DNA of 64,000 nt. Source: the human T2T-CHM13v2.0 reference genome, Homo sapiens. Under the pieces are notes generated by a model that was given only the letters and a program-made list of their open reading frames with translations, had not been told where the DNA came from and did no database searches. The stretch's first letter is position 1; each line of letters starts with the position of its first letter. Both the position numbers and the translations under genes were made by a program. The stretch lies in the NCBI RefSeq assembly GCF_009914755.1, contig NC_060927.1. One strand, 5' to 3'. Of the stretch, positions 1 through 12,961 are shown one piece after another.

Positions 1-904
1 ATAAGCTTTTTGATGTGCTACTGGATTCAGTTTGCCAGTATTTTATTGAAGATTTTTGCATCCATATTCATCAGGGATATTGGTCTAAAATTCTCTTTTT
101 TTGTTGTGTCTCTGCCAGGCTTTGGTATCAGGATGATGCTGGCCTCATAAAATGAGTTAGGGAGAATTCCCTCTTTTTCTATTGACTGGAATAGTTTCAG
201 AAGGAATGGTACCAGCTCCTCTGTGTACCTCTGGTAGATTTTGGCTGTGAATCTGTCTGGTCCTGGACTTTTTTTGGTTGGGAGGCTATTAATTATTGCC
301 TCAACTTCAGAGCCTGTTATTGGTCTATTCAGGGATTCAACTTCTTCCTGGTTTAGTCTTGGGAGGGTGTATGTTTCCAGGAATTTATCCATTTCTTCTA
401 GATTTTCTAGTTTATTTGCGTAGAAGTGTTCATAGTATTCTCTGATGGCAGTTTGTATTTCTGTGGGATCGGTGGTGATACCCCCTTTATCATTTTTTAT
501 TGCGTCTATTCGATTCTTCTCTCTTTTCTTCTTTATTAGCCTTGCTGGTGGTCTATCAATTTTGTTGATCTTTTCAAAAAACCAGCTCCTGGATTCACTG
601 ACTTTTTGAAGGGTTTTTTGCGTCTCTATCTCCTTCAGTTCTGCTCTGACCTTAGTTATTTCTTGCCTTCTGCTATCTTTTGAACGTGTTTGCTCTTGCT
701 TCTCTAGTTCTTTTAATTGTGATGTTAGGGTGTCAATTTTAGATCTTTCCTTCTTTCTCTTGTGGGCATTTAGTGCTATAAATTTTCCTCTATATGCTGC
801 TTTAAATGTGTCCCAGAGATTCTGGTATGTTGTGTCTTTGTTCTCATTGGTTTCAAAGAACATCTTTATTTCTGCCTTCATTTTGTTATGTATCCAGTAG
901 TCAT
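1..904 (-). mobile_element. L1PA (about L1PA5-7) inverted 5' segment, ORF2 from the end of the endonuclease region toward RT; continues left of the window
   Basis: ORF 27..956 is L1 ORF2p ([24 protein letters not shown]...KSPGPD...[10 protein letters not shown]). Confidence 0.95.
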
Positions 905-1696
905 AAGGAAGACATTTATGCAGCCAACAGACACATGAAAAAATGCTCATCATCACTGGCCACCAGAGAAATGCAAATCAAAACCACAAGGAGATACCAT
1001 CTCACACCAGTTAGAATGGTGATCATTAAAAAGTCAGGAAACAACAGGTGCTGGAGAGGATGTGGAAAAATAGGAACACTTTTACACTGTTGGTGGGACT
1101 GTAAACTAGTTCAACCATTGTGGAAGACAGTGTGGCGATTCCTCAAGGATCTAGAACTAGAAATACCATTTGACCCAGCCATCCCATTACTGGGTGTATA
1201 CCCAAAGGATTACAAATCATGCTGCTATAAAGACACATGCACATGTAAGTTTATTGCGGCACTATTCACAATAGCGAAGACTTGGAACCAACCCAAATGT
1301 CCATCAATGATAGACTGGATTAAGAAAATGTGGCACATATACACGATGGAATACTATGCAGCCATAAAAAAGGATGAGTTCATGTCCTCTGTAGGGACAT
1401 GGATGAAGCTGGAAACTATCATTCTGAGCAAACTATCGCAAGGACAGAAAACCAAACACTGCATGTTCTCACTCACAGATGGGAATTGACCAATGAGAAC
1501 ACTTGGACACAGGGTGGGGAACATCACACACCGGGGCCTGTCGTGCGGTGGGGGGAGGGGGAGGGGTAGCAGTAGGAGAAATACCTAATGTAAATGACGA
1601 GTTAATGGGTGCAACACACCAACATGGCACATGTATACACATGTAACAAACCTGCACGTTGTGCACATGTACCCTAGAACTTAAAGTATAATAATA
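905..1696 (+). mobile_element. L1PA 3' segment (ORF2 C-terminal CCHC region and 3'UTR), sense half of a 5'-inverted insertion
   Basis: ORF 806..1489 contains [18 protein letters not shown]...; L1 3'UTR G-rich tract and the end GTACCCTAGAACTTAAAGTATAAT. Confidence 0.95.
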
Positions 1697-2608
1697 CTGC
1701 TAATATTTTGATTCTGGGAGAACCAGTCTACATTTTTCTATGTTTATTTATATCATGATTTTGTATCTCAATCCTATTGTGGTCTACATTTTTAGCTTTG
1801 TCATTTTTTCTTTATCTTTCTGGAGTCAATTCATTTTTATAATTAAAATTTTGAAGATGCATATGTCCTTGAATATCCTTTAATCCAACAATCTCATTTA
1901 TTTATATGGGGAAACTCAGGTAGGGATAGTGTGTTGACCAAGGTCTACACCTGTGTAGTTAAAGGGAACTAGGCTTTAGGTCTGACTTACTCTTTGCTCC
2001 TGCAATGTTGCATTTCTTTACTGTCTTGGTTATATATCATATACCACCAGTGTTCTGGTCTTCTGTAAGTATATCTGTCCAAACTACACACAGAACTTTC
2101 ATTCAAGATACTAGTGTTTGATTGTTTGTTCCTACACCACTCTACATTTTCCCCAGTAGAGTACATCCAAAGTAGCAGGGTGGACCAAATAATCTCAGGC
2201 AAAACAATAAAAATTCTTATATAAAATAGATAATTTAGAGCCTAAAATCTTGAATACAGTCACTCATTATTTGTCATTACTGCTGTAGTTACCTGAACTA
2301 AATCTTACCTGCCCCCTTTTAGTCCACTCATAAATTTTCTCAAGTTCTCCCTGTGGTGTGTCTCCACTGGCCTACCTAGCATTTCATTGCCCAGAAGAGT
2401 ATACCTGATTACATAGAAATTTTACTCTTCTAGATTACTTAGAAAGTACTGAAGAATAATTCTGACATCAATTCTATTGATGTGTCCTACACACATCAAG
2501 AGTTCCTATCCTATGTAAATTTATCATGGCTATTGTAAATAATAAGTCTAAAAACCATTATGACTCACCTCAGAGTTCATAGTAATTTGAGAATAACCTT
2601 AGAAGATA

Positions 2609-4969
2609 CAGGAATACCTCGGAGATACTACAGATTCAGTTTTAGACCACTACAATAAAGTGAGTCACGCAAATGTTTTGGTTTTCCACTGCATGTAAGT
2701 GATGAGTTTACCCTACACTATCGTCTATTAAGTGGGCAATAAGCATTACATCTAAAAAAAACCACATATATACCTTAATTTAAAAATACTTTATCACTAA
2801 AAAATCCTAAAGATCACCTGAGCCTTCTGCGAGTCATCTTTTGTGGGTGGAGGGTCTTATACCTTTATGTCGATGGCTGCTGATTGACCAGGATATTGGT
2901 TGCTGAAGGTTAGGGTGGCTATGGCAATTTCTTAAAACAAAACAACCATGAAGTTTGTCACAATGCCTGACTCTTCCTTTCACAAAAGATTTCTCTGTAG
3001 CATTTAAGGCTGTTTGATAGCATTTTACCCTGGTAGAATTTCTTTCAAAATTGGAGTCAACCCTCTCAAACCCTGTCACCGCTTTCAACTAAGATTATGG
3101 AATATTCTAAATCCTCTGTTGTCATCTCAACATAGCAGCTTCACCAGAAGCAGATTCCTTCTCAAGAAACCACTTTTTTTGCTCATCCATAAGAAGTAAC
3201 TCCTCATTCATTCATGTTTTATCATAAAGACTGCAGCAAATCAGTCACTTTTCAGGTTTCACTTTTAATTCTAGTTCTCTTACTATTTTCACCACATCTG
3301 CAGTGACTTCCTCCACTGAAGTCTTGAGCCCCTCAGAGTTATCCATGAGGCTTGGGATTAACTTCTTCCAAAATCTTGTTAATGTTGATATTTGGACCTC
3401 TTTCACAAATCACAAATGTTCCGAATGACATCTAGAATGGTGAATCCTTTCCAGAAGGTTTTCAGTTTACTTTTCCCAGATCCATCAAAGGAATCACTAT
3501 GTAATGGCAGTTACAGCCTTATGAAATGCATTTCTTAAATAACAGGACATAAAAGTAGAAATCATTCCTTGATCCATGGGCTGCAGAAATGGATGCTGTG
3601 TCAGTAGGCATGAAAACAACATTCATCTCCTTGTACATCTCCATCAGAGCTCTTGGATGACTAGATACATTGTCATTAAGCAGTAACATTTTGAAAGAAT
3701 CTTTTTTTCCTGAGCAGTAGGTCTCAACAGTGGGCTTCAAATATTCAGTAAACCACGCTGTAAACAGATGTGCTGTCATGCAGACTTTTTTGTTCCATTT
3801 ATAGAGCACAAGAAGAGTAGACTTAGCATAATTCTTAAGGGCCCTAGGATTTTTGGAACGGTAAAGCAGCACTGGCATCCACTTAAAATCACCAGCTGTC
3901 TTAGCCCATAACAAATGAGTCAACCTATCCTTTGAAGCTTTGAAGCCAGGCCATCGACTTCTCCTCTCTAGCTAAGAAGATTCTAGATGGCATCTTCTTC
4001 CAATAGAAGGCTGTTCTGTCTCCACTGAAAATCTGTTGGTTAGTGTAGCTATGTTCACCAATGATCTTAGCTAGAGGTCTTCTGGATAATTTGCTGCAGC
4101 TTCTATATCAGCACTTGCTGCTTCACCTTGCACTTGAATGGTATGGAAATGGCTTCCTTCCTTAAGCCTCATGAACCAACCTCTGCTAGCTACAAACTTT
4201 TCCTTGTAGCTTCCTCACCTCTCTCAGCCCTTACAGAACTGAGTGACATTAGGGCCTTGCTCTGGATTAGGCTTTGCCTTAAGAAAATACTGTGGCTGTT
4301 TTGATCTCTATTTACTTCTTTGTGTGTTCACTGGAGTAGCACTTTAAATTTCCTTTGACAACTTTTTCTTTGCATTCACAACTTGGCAAACTGTTTAGCA
4401 CAATGGGCCTAGCTTTTGGCCTATCTCAGCTGTTGACACACTTTCCTCACTAAGCTCAATCATTCTAACTTTTGATTTAAAGGGAGAGTATGTGTGACTC
4501 TGCCTTTCACTTGAACACTTAGAGGCTCTTGTAGGGTTATTAAATGGCCTAATTTCAATATTGTTGTGTCTCAGGGAATAGGAAGATCCAAGAAGAGGGA
4601 GAGAGATGGGGATTGGCTGATTGGTGGAGCAGTTGGGACACACACATTGATCAATTAAGTTCAATACAAACTTCCAAAACAATCACAATAGTAACATCAA
4701 AAAAATTACTGATCACAGATCACCATAATGAATGTAGTAACAATGAAAAAGCTCTAAATATTGCAAGAATTACCAAATGTGGCACAGAGACACAAAATAA
4801 ACATAAGCTGTTGGAAAAATGGCACCAAAGTAAGCATAGCCTGTTGGAAAAACAGGCTTAGTCAACACAGAGTTGACACGAACGTTTTATTTGTGTATAT
4901 AAAAAAAAAAAAAAAAGCATTACCTGTGAAATGCAATAAAGTGAAGCTCAATAAAACAATGTATGTCCA
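2609..4969 (-). mobile_element. Tigger1 DNA transposon, near full length, decayed transposase
   Basis: TA-flanked TIRs (TA|CAGGAATACCTCGGAGATA ... CAATAAAACAATGTATGTCCA|TA); ORF 3519..3923 carries Tigger DDE-region motifs [13 protein letters not shown] and [18 protein letters not shown]. Confidence 0.93.
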
Positions 4970-6946
4970 TACTTTAATTAATCTCAGGTAGTTGTAATAC
5001 TATATTCACTTCAGATGTGTCTGAGGATAAGGCAACTTAGAAGAAAATGCCTAGCACATGGGCAGATAAATAGATGCACTGACCTTATTTATGTCTATTG
5101 TTATTTTATAACAGGAAAATAAGTTTAAAAATCATTGTTACAAATATGGAATCTGCTAGTTATCATAATTAATTACAATAGATTTTATAAATAAGTAGCC
5201 TACTGCTTTCAAATGAAAGAAATACAAACTTTTGATGAGCTTGGATTCTAGAACACTTGCTTTTGTTGCCCATCTCCTACTCATTTTCAATTCCATGTTT
5301 TCATCAATTCCTATTCTGTAACACATTCTTATACTCTTTCAAAAAATATTTTCTAACCCTTTCCTTATTTTCCTTTGTTTTTTATATCTCAATCTTCCTT
5401 TTACTGTTCTTTTCTTTACTTGCTTTCTGGAACACCTTTTCTATCTCATCACCTGCTTTTCTCGTGTCCAGATACTCTTACCCCCCGCCCCAAAATATTC
5501 AGTCTGTCTGAGTCTGCATATTGCTCACTGGCTGCCCCAAATATCCTGTTTCAACTCTCAATTAAACAGTTCCCCAGAGTTACTAAATCACTGCTTCTTC
5601 TGGCCTAGCCAACATGCTGCCACTCTTACTTATCTCCCTACAAAGCTACCATTCTCACTTAATCTAGCCAAGTGGTAGAGGAATAGAATGTTCACATTAG
5701 CTCATACTAAAGTAAATGGATAATATCTTTACCACCCCCATCCTACCCTATACTCTCAGGAGGACAATGTTTACTAAATAACTTCAATTGGTAAAATTTC
5801 ATACAAATTAGGTAAAAAACTGAGATTGGGGATGTGTGTGATAGAGTTAGGGGGAGACTCACCTTTAAACATACAAAACAATTGATTCCCTAATATATTC
5901 CAGTCTTGGAATAGGCAACAAATTAGTTCATAAGAAAATACTGATCCTTATTGGGCTTTCCTGATTCTACCTGTTTCCTAAGGTCTGATTCAGCTATGGC
6001 TGAATTTGAAATTCTAATGACAGGAAGAAATAGAAAGAAGGGGGTGTGCCAAAGGTTTATTCCAATTTCCAACATCTGAATGCAGATAATATTGTCAGTC
6101 ATGGGGTCCTGGAACACTGAAGCTTCAGTGCTGGAAAAATGAGAGGTCTGATATTCTCCTGAGTTATGGATTTAGGCAATCAGAAAGATCTTAAAGTTGT
6201 CCATCTCATATCTGTTCATCTCTCTCCTTCCTCTATCTGAATATGGAAATACTGTGATTACATGAAAGTAATACTAATTACTGTTTATGGCTAATTACCT
6301 CATGGTACAGTAACAAACATCAAAATGCAGTTAGCTTTATTGTAAGCTTTACCTTAATAAAACACTATATTTTACTCAAGTGTTTAATCTTTATAGTTCT
6401 GTACATATAGCAGGTTTACTTTACTAATTAAAACAACAATAGTAATAACAACCAGAGGGAACATTAGAAATGCCCAATAAATACTGGTTGTATGAATTAA
6501 TGAATATTATGTTTACTTAAAGTGGTACACGGCACTCAAACATTCACTGAGCACCTACTATATGTACTTTATTTTATTTGGGGGAAGTAGTGCTGCAGAT
6601 GTCACTGACAATTTGTTATGAGGATGGAGGAGGGCTTTATGCTGCCTTTAGAAGAACCTCACTAATACCCCTCACCCTTCACCAGACCCACAATGTTTCT
6701 ATCTCTAGATTTCCTTTAGCTATACAACCAAGTGGAAAATTGATTCTCCTTCTTCAACCCCTTGGATTACCCAGTTTTATTCTGGTCATCCATTAACTAA
6801 CTAGTCATCCACATACTAACTAGTATGTGCTTTAAAGCTGCATCTGTACACAGTTACAGCTTCCTTAGAAAACAAGATCACCATTTGGAAACACTGCTCC
6901 AAAATTAGAATACAGAGTATCATATCAAATAGAATGGCATCATCAA

Positions 6947-7342
<396 letters not shown>

Positions 7343-7496
7343 TCAAAAACAGTAACAATAGCGATTTACAAAGACCGTGAGAAAGTACTACTTTGTGATC
7401 ACAGCCCAGTTTCAGAATGGGTGCTAAGACAGAGCATTTGAACACTTTTTAACAAGGGGCCATACCTCAAAATGATAGCACTTTCAATAATATACT

Positions 7497-7598
7497 TAGT
7501 ATGCGTAAGCACACTCTGTAACGTCTGCACAAGGATGAAAATTGCCTACTAATACATTTCTCAGAACATATCTGCATCATTAAGCAATACATGACTGT
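7497..7598 (+). mobile_element. Tigger3/MER7-like terminal fragment
   Basis: Ends CATTTCTCAGAACATATC...TTAAGCAATACATGACTG, resembling the recalled Tigger3 terminus. Confidence 0.6.
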
Positions 7599-7828
7599 GT
7601 TTACAGGGTCCACTTTTTCACTGATACTCACAGAATCACATAAGCACTCTGATAACCACAGAGACCACACACTGTATCTATACACATTACATCCAAATAC
7701 AAATGCATTCTCCAAACCCTCAAAAACATAAATGTTCAAGACACACATATTTATATCTAATGTGCTGGGCAAACATAAGATTTTAAAATACCAAAATAAA
7801 AGTCTTCTTTTTTTTTTTTTAAAAGAAA

Positions 7829-8257
7829 CTTGGAACCAACCCAAATGTCCAACAATGATAGACTGGATTAAGAAAATGTGGCACATATACACCATGGAAT
7901 ACTATGCAGCCATAAAAAATGATGAGTTCATATCCTTTGTAGGGACATGGATGAAATTGGAAACCATCATTCTCAGTAAACTATCGCAAGAACAAAAAAC
8001 CAAACACCGCATATTCTCACTCATAGGTGGGAATTGAACAATGAGATCACATGGACACAGGAAGGGGAATATCACACTCTGGGGACTGTGGTGGGGTCGG
8101 GGGAGGGGGGAGGGATAGCATTGGGAGATATACCTAATGCTAGATGACACATTAGTGGGTGCAGCACACCAGCATGGCACATGTATACATATGTAACTAA
8201 CCTGCACAATGTGCACATGTACCCTAAAACTTAGAGTATAATAAAAAAAAAAAAAAA
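7829..8257 (+). mobile_element. 5'-truncated L1HS Ta-subfamily insertion with poly(A) tail and TSD AAAAGAAA
   Basis: Diagnostic ACA at 8149-8151 (GATGACACATTAGTGGG) and G at 8234 (AACTTAGAGTATAAT); TSD 7821-7828 and 8258-8265; TTTT/AAAA endonuclease site. Confidence 0.92.
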
Positions 8258-9136
8258 AAAAGAAAGATATGATACATATGAATAAAGGAAATATATTTCT
8301 TTCTTGGTCACATAAAACTCTACATCTCCCTTTTTTGTTTTCTAGCCTGAGTATGCTTACTAATCAATATATCAACTATTTCTTGTTTTTTTTTTTTTTT
8401 TTTTGTAATGAATTGTACACTTTTTATGCTCAGTGTAATAAGAAAGTCACATCAGCAGAGGCGGTGTGACTGAATGAATGAATCACTTAGGTCTTAATCA
8501 AGGAGAAAAGAAAACTGAACACAGAAATAGTGAAGAAATAGTGACTATCCCAAGGTCTCCCAGAAACCACAATGCACAAAGTTCGTTTCCCTTTCAGTAT
8601 TATCTCAGCAGCAGCAATGGTGCCAGTCTCAGAGGGGATGGAAATTTCCTTGTGTCTATTGTTTAAGTTCTTAGAAAGGGTTTATAGGGCTCTACTTTTC
8701 CTCCTGTTTGGAAGACAACTGAATTTACACAAATATAGCCAATTCATTCCAGGTTTAAAAAAACTTGATACAAACTCTTTGGAAGCAAGAAATGCTACTA
8801 TTTTGTTTCAGATCCAAACCTAAAAGTTAAATTGTACATTTGTCCAATTAGTGATAAACTTCACTCACTGAACTCTCTGTAACTTCTCATGTGCCAACAT
8901 TATATTCTGCTAAAAATTAAAGAAGCTATGTCTATTGGAAAACTTTTACGTGCTACTCTTCTGTTCAAAACCATGTAAGTAGTGGCCAGTAAGTTAGAAA
9001 GGATGCTCTTTTCACCTACCTAAGTACTTAATATGTCCGTTTTTGTCCTCCACAGATTTTAATTAATAGAATGTCATTTCACACCCAGGGTGTAGCTTTC
9101 CTAGAACTGGTGAAGAGGCTAAGTGTTTGGAGTTAC

Positions 9137-9323
9137 CTTGAGTGGTGAAGTTGAAGAGTGCAGGTGTGTCTCGCCCATTTGGTAGTTTGACATTTGGGTC
9201 CCGTAATTCATCAAAAAATGAATGTGCACAAGCTTCCAGTGGTGTTAGTCGGGCAGTTGGTGTATACTCCAGCAGACGGCTACACAGTGCAATTGCCTCC
9301 GGTGGAGTTCGGGGTCGGAAGAC
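9137..9323 (-). CDS. GSK3B: GSK3B coding exon, 187 nt: [62 protein letters not shown](E)
   Basis: Translation; polypyrimidine tract plus gcAG acceptor (ct 9324-9325), donor AAG|GTAACT (ac 9135-9136). Confidence 0.98.
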
Positions 9324-11129
9324 CTGCAGTACAAAAAAAGGGAAAGAACAATTAATGTTTTATTTTAAGAATCTAAGCAAATACCCTGTGAATAATGACT
9401 TAATTCCCACCATGTACAGAAACATGGTTGCATTTGGGAAAGGACCTTCTAGAATGGAAAGAGTTAAATGCATATGATTCACAGGGGTGAATTGCTAATT
9501 AAAGATTATATGAGAAATGCTCAGAGAAAAATCTATATATGCTAATCATAAAGTAATAACAATCAGACATGCATACAAAATATGACAGGCACATGGGAAA
9601 GGCTGAGTTCTGGTGGCAAGCACAACTAGAAAAATATTTTTTAAATTTTAAAGTTTTCACTGCTATGGCAGTAAATAAAAGATTGCCTCTTTTGCATTGT
9701 TTTTTTAGCCGAACAATTGTTAATGATGAGCAGCACTGTTCGAAAACTTGGCAATCAAACAGAAGAGAAAGAAGAGCTATTTACTCTAGGTCTATAAATG
9801 CTACTGATTTGGTATTATTTCCAATAAACAGAGCCTACCATTATTTGAAGAAATTCTTGAATACCTAGAATTTGATAAAATGTCCTGCATTTTTTTTCTC
9901 AAGTAGGTGTTACCATGAATGTGGCCAGATTTCCCCCACTTGAATGAATATTCCAGGGTTTTAATCAAGGAGAAAAAAATGTATTATTCATTAAGAATGA
10001 TTAAGACAAAGAAAAAGTCAACTGAAGGCTATATTGAAGAAAAATTCAATTAAATTAATCTACTTAAAGGAATAGATAGCTTTCTACTAATTTGTGTCTT
10101 AAATAAAGCTAATAAATACAAAAACTATAAAAATATTCTTCATTCTAAATTATGGCCACCTACAGAATAAAAATAAAAAGGTAAGGATAGAAATAAACAG
10201 ACGAGAAGCCTTTGAAATTAAAGAAAAATGAAACATATATCCCTCGACAGGAAGAACATACAACGAAATAAAAGGTGTGACGATGGAGGTGGGCAGAGAA
10301 GTAGACACTTATAAATGGAGGGAAACGGACCCACAAGTGAGAAAAGCCCACGCAGATTGTGACAGGGCATGGAGCAGCCTGGAAGGCTAAGGTTTCCTCG
10401 TAAGAATGGCTCATGTAACATTTGGTTGTTCACTTATGCTGACAGTTAGTAGAACTAGTTACAACTACAGAGCTCATTAGACTTTCCAGAGATTATTTAT
10501 GAGTGCTGTCTACAGTGAAAAGAGGATTGTATTTGTTTTTAATTTACTATTGAAAAAGACATTTTCCATGAAAATTGAGAAATTAGGTAAAGTAGGCTCT
10601 TAGGAAATTATTTCGGAACATAAAGAAAGGCCTTAGTCAATTTCTTGGTTATGTTACAAAGAAACCTTTTTGTAAGGTCAAAACCTGCCTTATCTTTATT
10701 CTTTTGAATACTCTGACTCGCCTCAGTCAAGGAAACCTTAGAGTTACTGTCGAATTTGAAATGTTTAGCTCTTCCACTGTTACTGGTCCCCTCTCTTGCT
10801 CCCAAGGTCCATAATCATATACAGAATGTAAAAAGAAAATAATCAGTGGGAAAACTCAGAAAATTTTCGTAAAAATATTAAACAGTATTGGCATATTTTA
10901 TCCCTGAAGGCAAGTTTGCTTCTGTTTGATAGTATATGGATTTATTTTGCTAGCTAATCCAAAATGTTTTTGCACCAATATGGCAGCACATAAGTGGAAT
11001 TAAAAGTAGCACCAAAAGTAGAAATAAATATCTCCCACTAACATTCAAATGTAGGATGGCTGGATGCTGAGTTATTTTAAATAAAAAAATTTCTTATTTT
11101 CAAAGATTTTGTGTTAAAGCTATTAATAA

Positions 11130-11485
<356 letters not shown>

Positions 11486-12306
11486 TATTTCCAGTATTTT
11501 TTTAAGTCACCCATATCTTTTGGTGTTTTACTGCCTACAAGTGATCATCCATATCGGTACTAAGACATTTATTAGCGTATATTTGTCAGGGAATCCTAAC
11601 TCATAAAGTTCAAGAGTTAAAAACAATGAAGAAAATAATACATGTCAAAAGCCTACATTAAAATCAAGATTTAACCTGCCTTTACAAAAACTATACACTG
11701 TCATTTTAAACCCTTGAGAGATTCTTGATGAGAAAAGCCTAGGTTCAGTACTCTGTGAATAAAGGTTAAGTGGAAAATTACGTGGGGTCAAAACCCAGTA
11801 TCTCCCACAGTTCAGATTTCTGACCATAATACAGGGTGAGTTAGCATGTAACTTCTAAAAATTATAGGGCAAACTAGAAACTAGCTCATCTGAATTATTT
11901 TTGCTTCTAAAGAAAAGGAAACCACCAAGAACTGAAATTTGTCTTTTAATTAAAGAAGCTTCCGCTGTCACTTCTTTCCTTACTCACTGAAATTGCTTAA
12001 CACTCAGACCTTTGGTTTCATGGATCTTCATCAATATTTATTCTTGTAATAGAAATAATAATTTTAAAACCCCACAATTCCTAAACTTCAGCCTAGATGT
12101 CAATGAATCACCCAAGAGGCTGACAATCTAAATATACTATAAGTGAAACCTATGCCATACAGTGAATAAAAACAGAAATCACAGCTACTTACATTGTTTA
12201 CTATTACATTTCAAGAATGAGTAATTATTTAGCCTCTCAAAGAAGATTTCCCCCAAGTTTTATAGACCTGCCCTGAAATTTTGGGAAAAAAAAATTAAGT
12301 ACATAC

Positions 12307-12345
12307 CCGCACTCCTGAGGTGAAATGTCCTGTTCCTGACGAATC
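12307..12345 (-). CDS. GSK3B: GSK3B alternative 39-nt cassette exon (exon 8b/9), DSSGTGHFTSGVR, the 13-aa insert of neuronal GSK3beta2
   Basis: GAT TCG TCA GGA ACA GGA CAT TTC ACC TCA GGA GTG CGG between tttAG and GTATGT; phase 0/0; matches the known beta2 insert after K303. Confidence 0.96.
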
Positions 12346-12961
12346 CTAAAGATGATAATGCAGTGAAATAATCCAAACAGGGGAAGTCAATCCAAAAGAG
12401 AATAGTCCAGCAAGGAAAAATATATCCAATGTTATAAGAAATCCATGGTGTGGGGGGGGACATAGAAAATGTTTATACAGTTATAAACTTTAAACATCAG
12501 TCTTCACAGTAGCAAGTCCAAGTTTTAAAAATTATTTCACCACAGTGTATGCAAAAAAATTTTTTTTGATTGTGCAATGGTGAGGCACAGTAAAGAAACA
12601 TTTTAATTTTAGTTTATTATGTTCCAATGCCAGTGCGTTTATTAAAAAAATACAAAACCAAAAAAAGTTAAAATCAAAATGAAATCTAGAAGTAAAGTTC
12701 CCAAAGTAAAATGGTCTTCTATGACCTGGATTCATCATCCACAGACATGGCTGGGAGGGGGCATATTAGCCTGCTTTTAAAGTTTCAAGTTCCCAATATG
12801 CTACTTTTTTCTCTATTAATGTGTTCCAGTTACACAGTATAAACATTTTTTTGCTAAGTTATTAGTGATGAGAGGAAAGTAATAAATATATTTAAGTTAT
12901 ATTACTATAGATTTCAAGCCAGATACTTTCAATTTGTGTGAGCTAAGAAGGATCAGGCCAC

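Noticed and set aside
27-1489. 309-aa and 227-aa ORFs as genes
   Set aside because: L1 ORF2 fragments with spurious N-termini created by the inversion junction.
3519-3923. Domesticated Tigger transposase (TIGD-like) gene
   Set aside because: Only short frameshifted fragments in both Tigger1 copies; no continuous ORF.
9142-9477. 111-aa + strand ORF
   Set aside because: Antisense shadow of the 187-nt GSK3B exon with a non-ATG start; no independent evidence.
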